Assembly (NCBI GenBank): GCA_013265495.1
Contig: MU058037.1
Location: 1,179,498-1,243,497, forward strand
Reading direction: 5' to 3'
DNA length: 64,000 bases
Origin: Vicugna vicugna
Lineage: Eukaryota
Part shown: one piece after another, positions 13,165 through 25,790 of the stretch
Layout: the number at the start of each line of letters is the position of its first letter
Position numbering within the stretch: the first letter of the stretch is position 1
Translations under genes and position numbers: made by a program
Notes under the pieces: generated by a model
Told to the model about the DNA's origin: nothing
Databases searched by the model: none
Seen by the model: only the letters and a program-made list of their open reading frames with translations

Positions 13165-14000
13165 CGAGAGAGATGTAGAGGCCAGGCAAGAAGAAAGTTG
13201 CTTTCTGTGGTTTGGTGGCTGGTCTCAAGAGCCTGTTAGGTGTTGACATCCAAGGTTCTCGTGCTCTTCTACTAATAGACAGGTTAAAAAAGATCCCGTC
13301 AGGAAATGTCCTCTCGCCACCCCTTCTCAAATAGTTCTTCACAAATGAAAGAAAAGAAACCCGAAATATTGGTTGCCTTGGCTTTCCCCCTGACCAGACA
13401 AAACAAACAGCGGTTGCTTTATCTTGGTGCTCTCCCCCCAGCAAAGTCCCTCTCAACCGATTGTTTGGCAGCCTCTTCTCTCAGGCGTTCCGAGTGTACA
13501 TGTTTTACTAGGTTGCTGAACAGATGTTTTAGCGATTTAAATGTATAGTCACTTGGGGAGGAAAAAACAATTGTCTTTATCAAAACTGGATTCTCGTCAA
13601 AATCCCCCAAACCATGATAAGTTAGGTGGCAAGGATGCTCCGGACCCACTTCAAGATCAATGAATCACATCATTCTTTTGCCATAATCATTCTGCTCGCC
13701 TGAACTGTCCTCATCAAAGATATTCTTTTAGTGTGTGAGTCCCTTTTTAAAGCCTTCTAAGAGTTCCTGGGATATCCTGGAGCATTTTATTTTAGGAACT
13801 TTGTGTATGACAGCATGTGCCAAAAATCAGAGTCACAGCCCAGTGCAGTGCAAAGTAGCAATTAAGACAACCTACAGAGGCTGATGGTTTGGACTGGAAC
13901 TTTTTTTTAAGGAAGAAGGAAAAGCACTTCCTTTCTGTGGTGCTAAGAATTGTACAAAAGGCAGGGAAGTGTTCAAATTAAGCTCATTAGCAACCACAAA
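13165..14000 (-). promoter_or_regulatory. PHEX: PHEX 5'UTR and proximal promoter (boundaries approximate)
   Basis: Unique, non-repetitive sequence directly upstream of the start codon; RUNX-type TGTGGT/AACCACA motifs at 13206, ~13936 and 13992; TSS cannot be placed from sequence alone. Confidence 0.6.
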
Positions 14001-15864
14001 AGTTACAGTAAAAGGTTTTTCTCTGCACGTTTTGATGAAAAGTGCACCAATGTATTTCGTCCTCCAGTCCGACCACTGGTTAGTATGTTTTTGTTTTTAT
14101 CAAGCGCCCATTTCAGCAGATTCCCCAGGATGAATTCAAAGGTGACTGGTTTCACCGAAAAGACTGATTAATAACTGGGTCTTTGATTTCTTTGATTATA
14201 TTAATGATTTAATTATGAAAATCTGCTCTCTCCATGGGGCAGGGCAACCAATATTGCAGTGCTGTTGAAATGAAATAGACTTTATTATCCAATCCTACAG
14301 ATACTAATTCACAACACAATTACCACCTCCCTGTTTTTGTTTTGCTGGAGGTCATAGGACAGTAGGAGTGGAGCTGGAGGCTCTGGCTCCTCTAGAAACC
14401 AGCAGAGCACTTTTCTTATGCAAAACTTCTGCCCGAGGCCCGGGGGTGGGAGGGTGGTGGTCACACCAAAGCTCAGGGACACTGATGAGTCCAGTATGAC
14501 GTGGCCCTGTAACCCACCCTACTTCATTTTCTGCTCATTTCATATTGCCCCCAAGTCAGAAAAGCATAGCCTGTGTCCAAACTACGACGTCATGGTGTCT
14601 CGAAGGACACTGTGTGCTCATTAGCTGCTGATGTTATTTGGTGATTGTTCCGTAACACAGCCCAGCAGGCCTTTGGCTCCTAGGATGGGGTCCTCCCAGG
14701 AGGTTGTGGACTTGACTCTGTAATACTTAGACTGTGAGCTCCATGAGGTCAGGAATCATGTCCATCAAGTTCAGTGCTGCAGCCCCATCACCTACAGTTT
14801 GTGGCCTATAGCAGTGAAGGGAGAAAGCTGAGAAATGAACATTATACGAGTTAGCCCCGGCCACTGACTCCTAAACAGCAGCTTCATAACCCTCAGATGC
14901 TAGTGTCTGGGGTCTGTCAGCCTCCTAATTCCTTCTAAATGCTTAAACGATAGTGATACTTCACATGGGTATAGCACTTTCATATCCTATTTTAACCTCC
15001 TGGTAAACCTACATACTTGCTAGCAAAGGTATTTCTATCTCTGTTTTACCCCTAAGAACACGGCGACCCCAGGCCTGGCCTCAGGTGACAGAGGAAAACC
15101 AGGAAATGGAAAGATAGCGAAGAGCATCTGCCAGACACAGCATGTCTCCCTGTGCACAAGGGAGACGACATCCACATAAGCATGACACCAGGGCCCGCTT
15201 CTTTCCTCTTTCCTTCCTTCTCCACATCTCCTCACACCTTTCCCGGTCCAGACTGCTATGCAGTGGTGACCGTGAGTTGCCCGCTGGAGTCACCTTCACC
15301 CACCTTTAACTGGCGGTTTCCCCAGAGGTGAGGGCAATTGGGTCTTACTCTGAAGTACACCTATCCATCACTTAACCACATGAATTCATTCCTGAATATT
15401 CAACTGCTAAGTGAAAAGCCATTAAACCAAAAAATACTCCCATGAATTAATAGGAAATTATGATGCATTCTATCCCAAACTAAGATATGCAAATGCAGAC
15501 AGAAAAAAGTAGTAACTGAACAGTGAAAATAGTCTATTTTAAGATGCTGAAAATAAATACAGTTTGTTGATATCATATAATCTAATGAAGGTTTGTTTAC
15601 TCACCAAAGGACTAAAGGAAGACTTGAGAGTGGGTGGGGCTTGGCAGAAAAAAGGCTGCAGGTGAGTCATTCATCATCAGGCACATTCTTCATTCTCTGC
15701 CATTTTCTGCATTAATTTTTCAACCTTTTGGGAGATGATGATTATTTTGCACTCAAACTGCACTTAAAAAATATAGTCATTTAACACAGAAAAACCCTTT
15801 TAGAGCCAAATAAAGAAGTTCCAAGTACAGAGAAATAACGAGCACTCACAAAGGACAAAAGCAG

Positions 15865-16068
15865 ACATCTGCAAACGAGGGCATGTGGCCCACTGCCTGT
15901 TTTTATAAATAAAGTTTTATTAGAACAAAGTCATGTCCATTTGTTTATGTATGATCTATGATTGCTTTCAGGCTCCGAAGTCAAAGTTGAGTAGTCTCGT
16001 GATACAGATATTATGCAAAACTTAGAATATTTTCCCTCTGGCCCTTTACAGAAGTTCACCAACCCCTG
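15865..16068. mobile_element. MER58-like hAT element
   Basis: CCTGTTTTTATAAATAAAGTTTTATTAGAACA...CTGGCCCTTTACAGAAG...AACCCCTG; related copies near 10690-10830, 41678-41882 and 57070-57250. Confidence 0.7.
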
Positions 16069-17834
16069 GACTAACAAGCAATACAAGATGCTGCCTCTTC
16101 ATCCCACAGACATGAAGCAAAACGTTCATCCACACTCGACCTGCTTCTCAAAATCATTCCATTCAATGTTCTCTAAATACAAGCTGGTGTGTCAGGGAAA
16201 TTCATCCACATGTCTTTGCCTGAAACTGCAATATTCAAACTACAGCATATTATTTAGTGTGTTTTGAGGTGAAAAGTCATTATTGTGGTATAAAGAGGGG
16301 AGGGGTTGTCAAAAATTTTTAAATACTTTTTCAAGAGCTGTAAAAAGTTATGTGAAAAGTCACTGGGCACATAAGCCTATTCAGTCTGTTGTGCACCCAC
16401 TCAACTGTTTCAATTAAGAAGCTCCAGGACTATCATGAACCTTGACTGGAATCAATGAATGAATCAACAGAAGCTTCTTGAACTTTGCTCGGATGCCTGG
16501 CCCTGTGCAAGGCCTGAGGGAAGACGAAGAAGCTCTGTGCCTGAGATGTGGGACTGGTGAACTGGGCAAACTGGGCTTGGACAGGAAACTATGCAAAGCC
16601 CTTGGCCACTTAGTGAAATACTAAAAGCCAGTAAGTGTCCAGAGAAAGAGAAATCCCTGGGTGGTAGATTTGTTGGGAAGACTTCCAGAAGGAGGACCCG
16701 CAAGAATGGATAGCTTGTGGGAAAAAAAGGGAAGGGTTCTGGACAGGTCAAACCCAGCCTCGAGATGGGGCCTGCCTGGGCATGTACGTCTCCACCTGCA
16801 GGACTCATCAGTGAGATGACTGATCCAAAACAAGTGAATCCTGCCACCTCAGCCCAACTCCAGGACAGGGGGGACAACTGAAGGCGAGCCTTTGTGCTAG
16901 ACATGAGTGCATCTGGTCATTACTTGGATGTTCGGGGGCTTCTGTTTCTGGCAATAAAATCCCACATGGGCCACAATTTCAGTAAGAAAGAAGGAAATGA
17001 TTCAAATCCTGAAAAATGTATTCATCCATCCCCTGGAAGAAGGAGAGAGAGAGTGAAGGGAAGCAATGGAGAGAGACGCTAAACGCTGACAAGTCAGAGC
17101 TGGGAGCTGTGGTGGGGCTCTATTACCTGTTGGCTGGTCTTTCAGCCTCTGGAGGGTTCGAGTCTTGGCCCTTCCACTAATGAGACTCATCACTTACACT
17201 GTATCTGATCTGTTCAAATATCTTTCTTAGCTAGGTGTTCTCTCTCCTTATACAGATGAGGATACTGAAGTTTGGTGCTGTTAAGTGATTTGGCCAAGGT
17301 CACAGAGCAGGTATTTGTCTTAAGGCCTGATGGGTTTCAAATTCAACCCCCTTTTCTCTGTGCCATGTTACTTGATAAATTTGTTTATCTACCTCAGGTA
17401 ATTAGCAGAGGTAGGTATAGCATGTCAAAATGACACCTGAACAGAGAAAAAGCGATAAACTATGCTTCCTCTAATTCTCTTGTTGAAAAGACTAATTATC
17501 AGGTTTTATCTCCTTAACAGGAACAGCAGCCATCATTTAATATGGGGGGGGGGGAGTTTTTTCAGTTTGGAGACAAAAATAGCAATACATAAAATATCTC
17601 CCAAGTTGCTTCTGCTAGTACTGAGCGTTAAGAAAGATGTAAACATTTGAAAGGTTATCTATCCACAATTGTACTTGTTTACTTCTGAGCCTAGAGGGGA
17701 GTTCTACCCCCGAGTTTTCTCACCGCCAGGGCCAGACAGCTACTATGCCTTCAGTATGGCCTCCCCTTAGTGTATTATCACCAATCCTTACAGCAGTTCT
17801 ATGATAAGAATCTTTTGCCATGTTTTAAACAGAT

Positions 17835-18335
17835 ATGATGACAGAGGGACAGGCTTTGAAAGAAGGGTTCATTGCTCACAGTTTTCAAGAGGCAGGGGCA
17901 CGCCATGTCACACAGGGCCACATGGGAAGCACCAGGGATGGTCAGGTGGCAGAAGGAGTGAGGGGAAAGTATAGGCAAAAGCTTTCATTGTAGTTTTCAA
18001 GAGAAGAAGTGGGCAAGGCAGGGTAAGCAACTGGGCAGGCTTAGGATCGGAATCATGTCAGCAGGCTCTGGTCTATAAGAGTGGTCTCTAGTTGTCCAGT
18101 ACCTGGCCCTGGGGTGATTAGGGCAGGGGGATAGTGTCCTGGACTGCCCGAGCCTGATGAAAGGACGCAGGTGCGGGGCATGGACTTGGGATTGGTTGGT
18201 CTGCATTTCAGAGGCACTGTGGAAGGCAAGTCACTCATTCTCTCTAGGAATTAGCAACCCTTGGAGGGGCAGTCCCTCCCTGGGTCCAAAAGGCCTCAAT
18301 ATGTCAAAAACTCATAAAATAAAAAACACAATTAC
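17835..18335. mobile_element. ERVL-type LTR remnant (MER21/MER77-like)
   Basis: GC-richer island with GTCACACAGGGCCACATGGGAAGCACCAGG; a related LTR-like island lies at about 19205-19762. Confidence 0.45.
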
Positions 18336-18874
18336 CAGCTGCAAAACCCATAAGCTCTTTTCCAAAGCATACTTCTATTAGAATGTAGTAACTATTCCTG
18401 TAAGCTAGTGCTTACAGGCTACATCCTCAAACTGATCAGACCCACCCTGACCCCTCAGTTAGACTACTAACCTACAGAAGTCACAGCCAACTGTTCAAGG
18501 ATGGCTTATGCAGATGTTTATGAAGGGAAGGGGCATATAGAAAAGTGATCTCAAATGTGAGTGGTCAGGCACCAGAATCTTCGAGAGGGCTGGTTAAACA
18601 CAGACCACTGGGTTCTAACCCTCGGGTGTCTGATCCAGTAGGTCTGAGTTGGTCGGAAATTTGCATTTCTAAAAAACTCCCAGGTGATGCTAACACCACT
18701 GGCCTGAGGACCACATTTTGAGAACCACTGGCTTAGAGAAACTATTGACTATAGTGCAGCAAGGTAAACTCAAGAACTAACAAATCTAAACATTAAACGT
18801 ATGTAGTGAAACCAGGGATGACATTCAAAATATTTAACCAAAAAAAAAAAGCCAATAAAATATTTTTAAAATGT

Positions 18875-18975
18875 GGGTAGGGTAATAGCTGAGTGGTTGA
18901 ATGCATGCTTAGCATACACAAGGTCCTGGGTTCAATCCCCAGTACCTCCATTAAAAAAAAAATTAAATAAAATAA
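18875..18975 (+). mobile_element. tRNA-Ala-derived SINE (camelid Vic-1-like)
   Basis: A-box-like TAGCTGAGTGG, TTAGCAT anticodon-like loop, B box GGTTCAATCC, ...TACCTCCA then an A tail. Confidence 0.85.
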
Positions 18976-18997
18976 ATTTTAAATATATATATATTTA

Positions 18998-19135
18998 GAG
19001 GGGAGGGTACAGCTCAATGGTCGAGTGCATGCTTAGTATGCATGAGGTCCTAGGTTTAATCCCCAGTACCTCCATAAAAAAATGTAATAATAATAAATTA
19101 AGAAACCTAATCCCCCCCCCCGCAGAAAACAATAA
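18998..19135 (+). mobile_element. tRNA-Ala-derived SINE (Vic-1-like), tandem second copy
   Basis: GGGGAGGGTACAGCTCAATGGTCGAGTGCATGCTTAGTATGCATGAGGTCCTAGGTTTAATCCCCAGTACCTCCA followed by an A-rich tail with AAACCTAAT-Cn. Confidence 0.85.
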
Positions 19136-19871
19136 ATATTTATATATTTAACAATCAGTATGGCATGGTACTGACCAGGGTACTGGGGCTAGTCTCAGGG
19201 ACCCCTGCTGTGGCAAGGCGGTTACAACTATGTTAAATTCACACGTGTGAAGTGGAGCTCAGAGTGCCAGATGGTGAGCCTGGTTCAACAAAAGACTGCA
19301 AGAGAAATGGAAACGGAGTTTATTCCTCACAGGTCCTGGAGGAAGTGCATGGCACACCTTGAGGGGCCACCCGGGGAGGTGAATGCAGAGAGGCAGGACC
19401 TGGTGCACGTACCTTCCTTAGGACCGTCAGGTGGAGTGCTCTGGAGTTACTGAGCTAAGGCCAGAGTGGTCAATTCCATCCAAAAGGAGCAGGGCTGGTA
19501 AGCTCCACAAGGGTCTTATCTAAGGGGCGCACCAGGGGCCGGCACTGGGAGGCGGGGAGACTGTTCATCGCAAGGGCTGCCCTTGGAGGGGCAGTTGCAT
19601 CAGGAACTTCCATTTGCTTGTGCAGAGTGCGGGCTGTTACCTAGGGCGCATGCCTGCACGAGGGGTGGCTGTCAGTTTCAGGCCCCCATAGGCTGCCTGG
19701 CCAAACAAAAGGGCAGGCAGCGCCATGGAGTAGCTCAGCTAAGCGCTCGCTGCCAGCACTACGTTGTCTGTTTTGTTACCCATAGATATACCTGTACATG
19801 CTTTCTATTTTTTTTTAAATTCTCATTCAGGGCTGTCTATGCCCGTGGGAGGTATTCGGTGCAAATTTGCT

Positions 19872-20010
19872 AGAGGAGAGGAGGAATGGGATAGAAAAGA
19901 AAGGAAAAGGAGGGGGAAGAGGAAGGGAGTGGAGGAGAGGGGAGGGAAGGGGAAGAGAGAGAAGAGGAGAAGGGAAGGGGAGAGGGCCCATGAAACGGAA
20001 GGGATTGAGG
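19872..20010. repeat. Polypurine (GA-rich) low-complexity tract
   Basis: About 115 nt (19872-19987) almost exclusively G/A on the + strand, remaining purine-rich to about 20010. Confidence 0.85.
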
Positions 20011-23000
20011 GCTAGGGGAGCAGCTACTTTCTAAGCAGCATAGAATTATTTCATTATTTTAAGACTCAGCATAGCCACACACTTGCTTACCAACAGAACA
20101 TGGGCCTGGTGGCTCCCTTCCTCATCCGTGATCTTCAAGTCAAACCAACTCCCATTCTTCTCCAACACCAGATGCAGAGATTAAATCTGCCAAAGCCAAT
20201 CCTAATGGTTTTCTCTCTGCCCAAAGGGTTTATCAAAATGGTGCCTGTCCTTCATATCCGGAATACAGAAAGAACATGTACAAAGCAGTAAAACAGGTCA
20301 CCTAATGGAAAAAGTGGACCAAAGACTTGAAAAGACACTTCAATAAAAAGTTATCCAAGTGACCAATAAACACACAAAGAGATGCTCAACCTCATTAGTC
20401 ACTGAGGAAATGCAAATTAAACAACAATGTCCCCTCTTCTCTGGTCTCTTCACCACAGACCCGGTTGTCCTCCAATCCTAGTTGGGTGTGTTCCCAATTG
20501 GTAGTAAAGTGTGAATATATACCTGTCTGCTTCCTCTCATCTTTGAGCTGCTTGGCTGAGATCACAATCTGGATACTTTTTTTACCCCTAGGACTGGAGG
20601 AAGAAAGCATTTAACACTGCAGGATGAATGCAACTGAAATCCCAATGAGATGACAGAATTCAGCCTGAAAGGCTAGGTTTGGAATGTGATTTTGCAGCTG
20701 GAAGAAGAGTAAGGAATTGAGAGGAGCAATAACGGATCCTTTCTCTGAAGTTACTAGACATGATCAAAGACAAAAGAGATCATTTCTTTCAAGATAGTGG
20801 CCGACGTAACTTGTTCACATCTCTTCTACCATAACTCGCCATTGGATTTCTTAATATCAAGTGCTCTCTGGGTGCACAGAGCCTGTTTTTTTTTTAATCA
20901 AATGAAGACATATCCCTGTTCTCTAGAATTTCTGTCAATAGAATACTCATTGGAAAAGAAGAAGAAAAAAAAGGATGGGTGCACATTAAATAGGGTATCT
21001 TCTAAAAATGGAGGAAGGGAACTAAGATTTTCAGATTTCAACTGATTCTTTTCACTTTCATAATGCATTTTAAAGGTTTGTACTCTAAAAGGAGCTCCGT
21101 TTGACACAACATAATATTTGCCATTATCTTTCCAAACATGAGTCCTTACTGTTTATATTTTTAAAAAATTACAATACAGTTCCTCAAACTCATTTTCACA
21201 TGGTGAGAACAGAGTACCAATGCAGGTCTATCCACATATCATCTCAAGCTGGAAACCATGTTTATAAACTGCTAAACACACTCTAACCCCCTAATTTGTA
21301 AATACACTTCTTACCACCTGGAAGGTCAGGTTCCAATTCAAAGTTCTCAGACTCTGTGAAGTTCCATGCAAAACCATGTCAGCATCCCCTTTTCTCCACT
21401 CACACCCCCACCACCAGCAGCCCCTCAGCGTGGGCAGTGGGCAGTCTTCCAACAGGCTGTGGTTTGTTAAACTGAGAAAGAGACCCCCAGGAGCCCTGGA
21501 AGTGGGCGCTGAGCAGTTGAACAGGAAGTTTCCAGTCTTAGGAATACAAACTGTGTTCTGGGAGGGACACAGGCACATCCCCTTGGCACCTCGGACCCCT
21601 CCCTGGTGGTGAGGGGCACGGCTGGAGGAGAGCCTGAGTGAAGCCCTCCTGAGCCCAGGCCCCAGGGCAGGATCCTCCTTGACCACTTCTCAGGGCAAAA
21701 CTGTAGCCCTAGTCCCACAGCTTACAATTTAAAGCCTTTCACATTCAACCTATCCAAATAGATTTAAACTATGAGAAGTTTTTTTAAAAGAGAAATACAG
21801 ACCTCAGGTGTTGGGGATGAGCTCCACTGCAACTAAGGGCTGTGACACCTCAAACCAAAAGGAAAAGACCCCAGGCATTCTTAAATAATCCACACAAGTT
21901 CATTTGTTTAAGGAGACAATGTTTTTCAAAGTGTCGAATTCCAGGAACATTTTTTCATATTAGTATTGTATATAATTCATCAGGTGATATATGAATTTTA
22001 AAAATCTAATACATTATCCAAACAGTAAAGACCATTTGTCTTCCTAAGGAGGTGATAAATACTACATTACACAACAGACTGCCTCACTGATATTATTAGC
22101 CATGAATTCCATTTGGAGTTTACTGCTCATCTCAAAGGCTTAGCATTATTTAACTGAAATAACCCCCAATCGTAACTACTCAGACGATCGATTCCGTTGA
22201 ATCACTGATGTTCCTGTCATGGTGAAAAGGCTGGATTATTTTTGTTAGAAGCTGGCACACCACGTCCTGTGGCATGGTATAATTAAGAACAACTGTTTAC
22301 TTTTTCTTAAATTCAACACCCCTCACCCCCACCTCAAAAGCTAGACATTAAAGTACTAAATATAATGATCTCGGTAAACCAAATTGCTATGTTCCTGGCA
22401 GCCCTTCCCTGCTGTTTCCCTTAAACATTTCTATCTGAAATGATGAAGGAAGAAAAAAAAAACCAGAAACCTGGAAAATATACAGCTAACCCTTCACTGT
22501 ATCGTCCACCTAACCATCAGAGTTTCCGCTCCAGTGCTGAAAAAGACTCCCTCCCTCCTTCCTCTCCCTCATTGGCCATTTGCACTGTTTCAAATGTCCA
22601 TGGAGCACACCATGCAGGATTATGAGACACCAGCCATTATTTTATGTCTGTGAGGTAGTCCCCCAAGTAGACTGGGGGACATTTCTGAGGGCCTGCAGTC
22701 ATCTTGGTTTGCTTGGTACCCTGCCAGGGCCTGACACATGGAAGTATCTGTAATGTCACTGAAGAAACACATGATCACCTTGTGGCCTTCATGAACTATG
22801 TAGTGTTGAGACTTATTCTGGCATAAAGAATATCAGAATCAGTTCCCCACAGAAATGAATGAACCCAGTGCATGACCCCTGAAGTGTAGACTCTAAAAAT
22901 TAGAAAGTCTAGATAGAAGATTCTGGTTGATTTCATTCAAATCCCACCAGATAGGTAATGACATACAGAGAACTCCCAGAACTTAGTGGCAAAGACAGGG

Positions 23001-24093
23001 CTGACGAGACATGCCCTTGTGAGATCTTTTTTAAGATGCACTTTGTTTTAATTACATTTTACAACCATCAGGAGACTAGCTTTGGCTATGCTTTGAGAAA
23101 TTGTACAACGTTGCACTTAATCCAAGGTTATTTTTTAGAGGTGAAATTGAAAAGACATCAGATTCTGGAAATGCTTCAAAGGGAATCACTCTGGCGCTGG
23201 AATAAGTAACCAACACAATATAGCAGCTGACGCCTTTCCTCTCCTCTCCATTCAGCTCTCCTCTTCTAAGTGTTTTAACACTGTGCACGGCCTCTGATCA
23301 CTTTGGGGAATAGAAGGGTTATAAAGCATGAATAAACACAGATAACCACGTGGGTTTTGTGCTCAGCTAAGCACAATTTTGTGGTCATTACTAACCAAGT
23401 CATGTTTCTTTGTTAAGGTGGGGCCTGGCTTAGTGCATTTTACTAGCATCTGAATTGTTCCCAAGATACAGTTTTATTATTTTTTTTGGTGGATTTCATA
23501 TGCTGAAGTGTTTTGTCCACAAACTTAATAATCTCAGGTATAACCACCACATTTGGTAAAATATTTTATTCAGAGCACCTTCGGTAATTTGTTACAATGC
23601 AGTTAGTTAGCCTATGAGAACCAATCGTACATAACTTAGCTGTTAAATGTTTAAATTTAATGTTTAAAAATAAATTATATAGTGGGCCATCAGGAAAAAT
23701 TTCATCTAGACTGTGATCAACATATTTTTCCTTTCTGTAATATTCTAAAATAAAATATAATCCATTGGCATTCTATGGCCATCTGTGTATCTTTTTAAAG
23801 TACATTTTTGGCATAGCCCCAACTATCACTTTCTCAAAGTCCAGAAACACCATTAGACCCAGAAACAGGCCCATGAATAAATGAATAACTTAATGTAGGA
23901 CAACAAATGCATTTCAAATCATTGGGGAATGAATGGACAATTTGATCAAGGGTATTGGGACAAGTGATGATCACTACGGAAATAAATACCCTCACAATCC
24001 ATAGCACACCAAAAACAAAGACAAAAAATCCTCCTCACAGCCTACCAAAAAAAGGAGTGGGGAATGCCAGATCATGAAAGACCTAGCTATGAA

Positions 24094-24313
24094 GAGATAG
24101 ACTGGGATTTCATAATTGTAGAATAGATAAACAAGATTATACTGTATAGCACAGGGAAATATACACAAGATCTTATGGTAGCTCACAGAGAAAAAAATGT
24201 TGACAATGAATATATACATTTTCATATATAACTGAAAAATTGTGCTCTGCACTGGAATTTGACACAACATTGTAAAATGATTATAAATCAATAAAAAAAG
24301 TTAAAAAAAAAGA
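24094..24313 (+). mobile_element. Young L1 3' end with poly(A) and an 18-bp TSD
   Basis: Ends TGACACAACATTGTAAAATGATTATAAATCAATAAAAAA-An; TSD gaaagacctag(c/t)tatgaa at 24076-24093 and 24314-24331. Confidence 0.85.
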
Positions 24314-24371
24314 GAAAGACCTAGTTATGAAAAGCACAAGTGTAAAATACTGGGCGGGGGGGGGCAGGAAT

Positions 24372-24394
24372 TGTGTGTGTGTGTGTGTGTGTGT
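24372..24394. repeat. (TG)n microsatellite
   Basis: About 11 TG units. Confidence 0.9.
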
Positions 24395-24591
24395 ATGAGA
24401 AAATCAGGCCAGGGAAGGTTTCTAAAATAAAACACAATAAACAGAAACCATAAAGGAAGCAGACTGACAAATCTGACTACATTAAAATAAAAAATTCCTG
24501 TGCATCAAAAATATCATTAATAAATGAAAAGACAAAGCATAGCCAAAACTAGTCTCCTGATGAGTATAAAATGTAATTAAAACAATGTGCA

Positions 24592-24735
24592 GGGGGTGGG
24601 TATAGATCAGTGGTAGAGTGTGTGCCTAGCATGCGCAAGGTCCTGGGTTCAATCCCCAGTACCTCCATTAAAATAAATAAAAATCTAATTACCTCCCCAC
24701 CAAAAAATTAAAAAAAAAACAAAAACCAAAAAACG
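24592..24735 (+). mobile_element. tRNA-Ala-derived SINE (Vic-1-like)
   Basis: Same tRNA-like head, tail CTAATTACCTCCCCC-An, degenerate TSD aaaacaatgtgca/aaaacgaagtgca. Confidence 0.88.
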
Positions 24736-25294
24736 AAGTGCATCTTAAAAAGATTTCACAAGCGTAGATTGGGAGTAGATACTTGTAACTATATAAGCAA
24801 CACAGGACTATAGTCCTGAAGATGTAAATACAGTATATCAATAAGAAAATAAAAGCCCAAAAGCCAAATGGACAGAAGACAGGCATTTTTCCAAAGAGGA
24901 ACATTGGCTGACCAATTAACTTATAAAAATGGGCCCAACCTCATTAATAATCAGGTGAATAAAAATTTAAACCACAAGAAATTACCATTTCACACCTCCA
25001 GATTGGCAAACATTTCAAAGTCTAACAAGGCCCAGTGTTAGCAATGGAGCAACTTCAACTCTCATGCCCTGATCATAACTGGTACCCCAGTTTGGAAGCA
25101 ATTTGGTGATATCTAAAAAAGTTGAAGCCTGGAGAAGCAAACATGTGGGAAGATTCCACCACTTAATTTCTTTTAAAAGCAGCAGTATCTTAACACAACA
25201 GGCAGTTTGACTGCCATTAGTATAAATTGTGATTTTGTATAACTCATTGTTGAAAGCTGATACTTGCTTGTAAATAATAAGAGTTAACATTTGA

Positions 25295-25361
25295 TGCTGA
25301 ACACTGGAATTTGACACAACATTGTAAAATGATTATAAATCAATAAAAAATGTTTAAAAAA
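25295..25361 (+). mobile_element. Severely 5'-truncated young L1 3' end
   Basis: Same 3' terminus as the 24094 copy; perfect 16-bp TSD aagagttaacatttga at 25279-25294 and 25362-25377. Confidence 0.85.
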
Positions 25362-25449
25362 AAGAGTTAACATTTGAGCACTTACTCTGCCAGGCACAGC
25401 TCTAAGCATAGATTTTTTTCATTTGATCCTGACATGATCCAGAAGGAGG

Positions 25450-25790
25450 TTGCTACAAATTGAATGTTTACGTGGCCACCAAGTTTGTATGTTGAAATCC
25501 TAACCCCCAATGAGACCGTATTGGCAGGTGGGGCCCCTAGGAGGTGACGAGGTCATGAGGGTGAAGCCCGCATGAATAGGATTAGCGCCCTTAGAAAAGA
25601 GACTCTAGAGAGCCCCCTTGACCCATCTGCCATTGAGGGCCCAGAAAGACAGCTGTCAGATGCCAAATCTGCTGGTGTAACATCTTGGACTTCCCAGACC
25701 CTAGAAGTATGAGAAAGAAATTTCTATTTATAATGGTAAATTTCTATATATATATGGTATTATTATGGCAGCCCAAAGGAGTAAGACAGA
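25450..25790 (+). mobile_element. MaLR (MLT1-like) solo LTR
   Basis: TATGTTGAAATCCTAACCCCCAATG...GGTCATGAGGGTGAAGCC...ATGAATAGGATTAG...TCTTGGACTTCCCAG; similar LTRs near 2430-2930, 26530-26955, 26995-27393 (minus), 30085-30470 and 60820-61282. Confidence 0.75.

Larger units (their letters stand above)
23840..25130 (+). mobile_element. Old degenerate L1 (ORF2 3' part) interrupted by a younger L1, a (TG)n tract and a SINE
   Basis: A-rich L1-like blocks such as GACTACATTAAAATAAAAAATTCCTGTGCATCAAAA and AAACCACAAGAAATTACCATTTCACACC. Confidence 0.7.

Noticed and set aside
24592..24667. Possible tRNA-Ala gene (also 18875, 18998, 31470, 51527)
   Set aside because: Extra 5' bases, broken stems, a shared A-rich SINE tail and TSD-like flanks indicate SINE copies rather than functional tRNA genes
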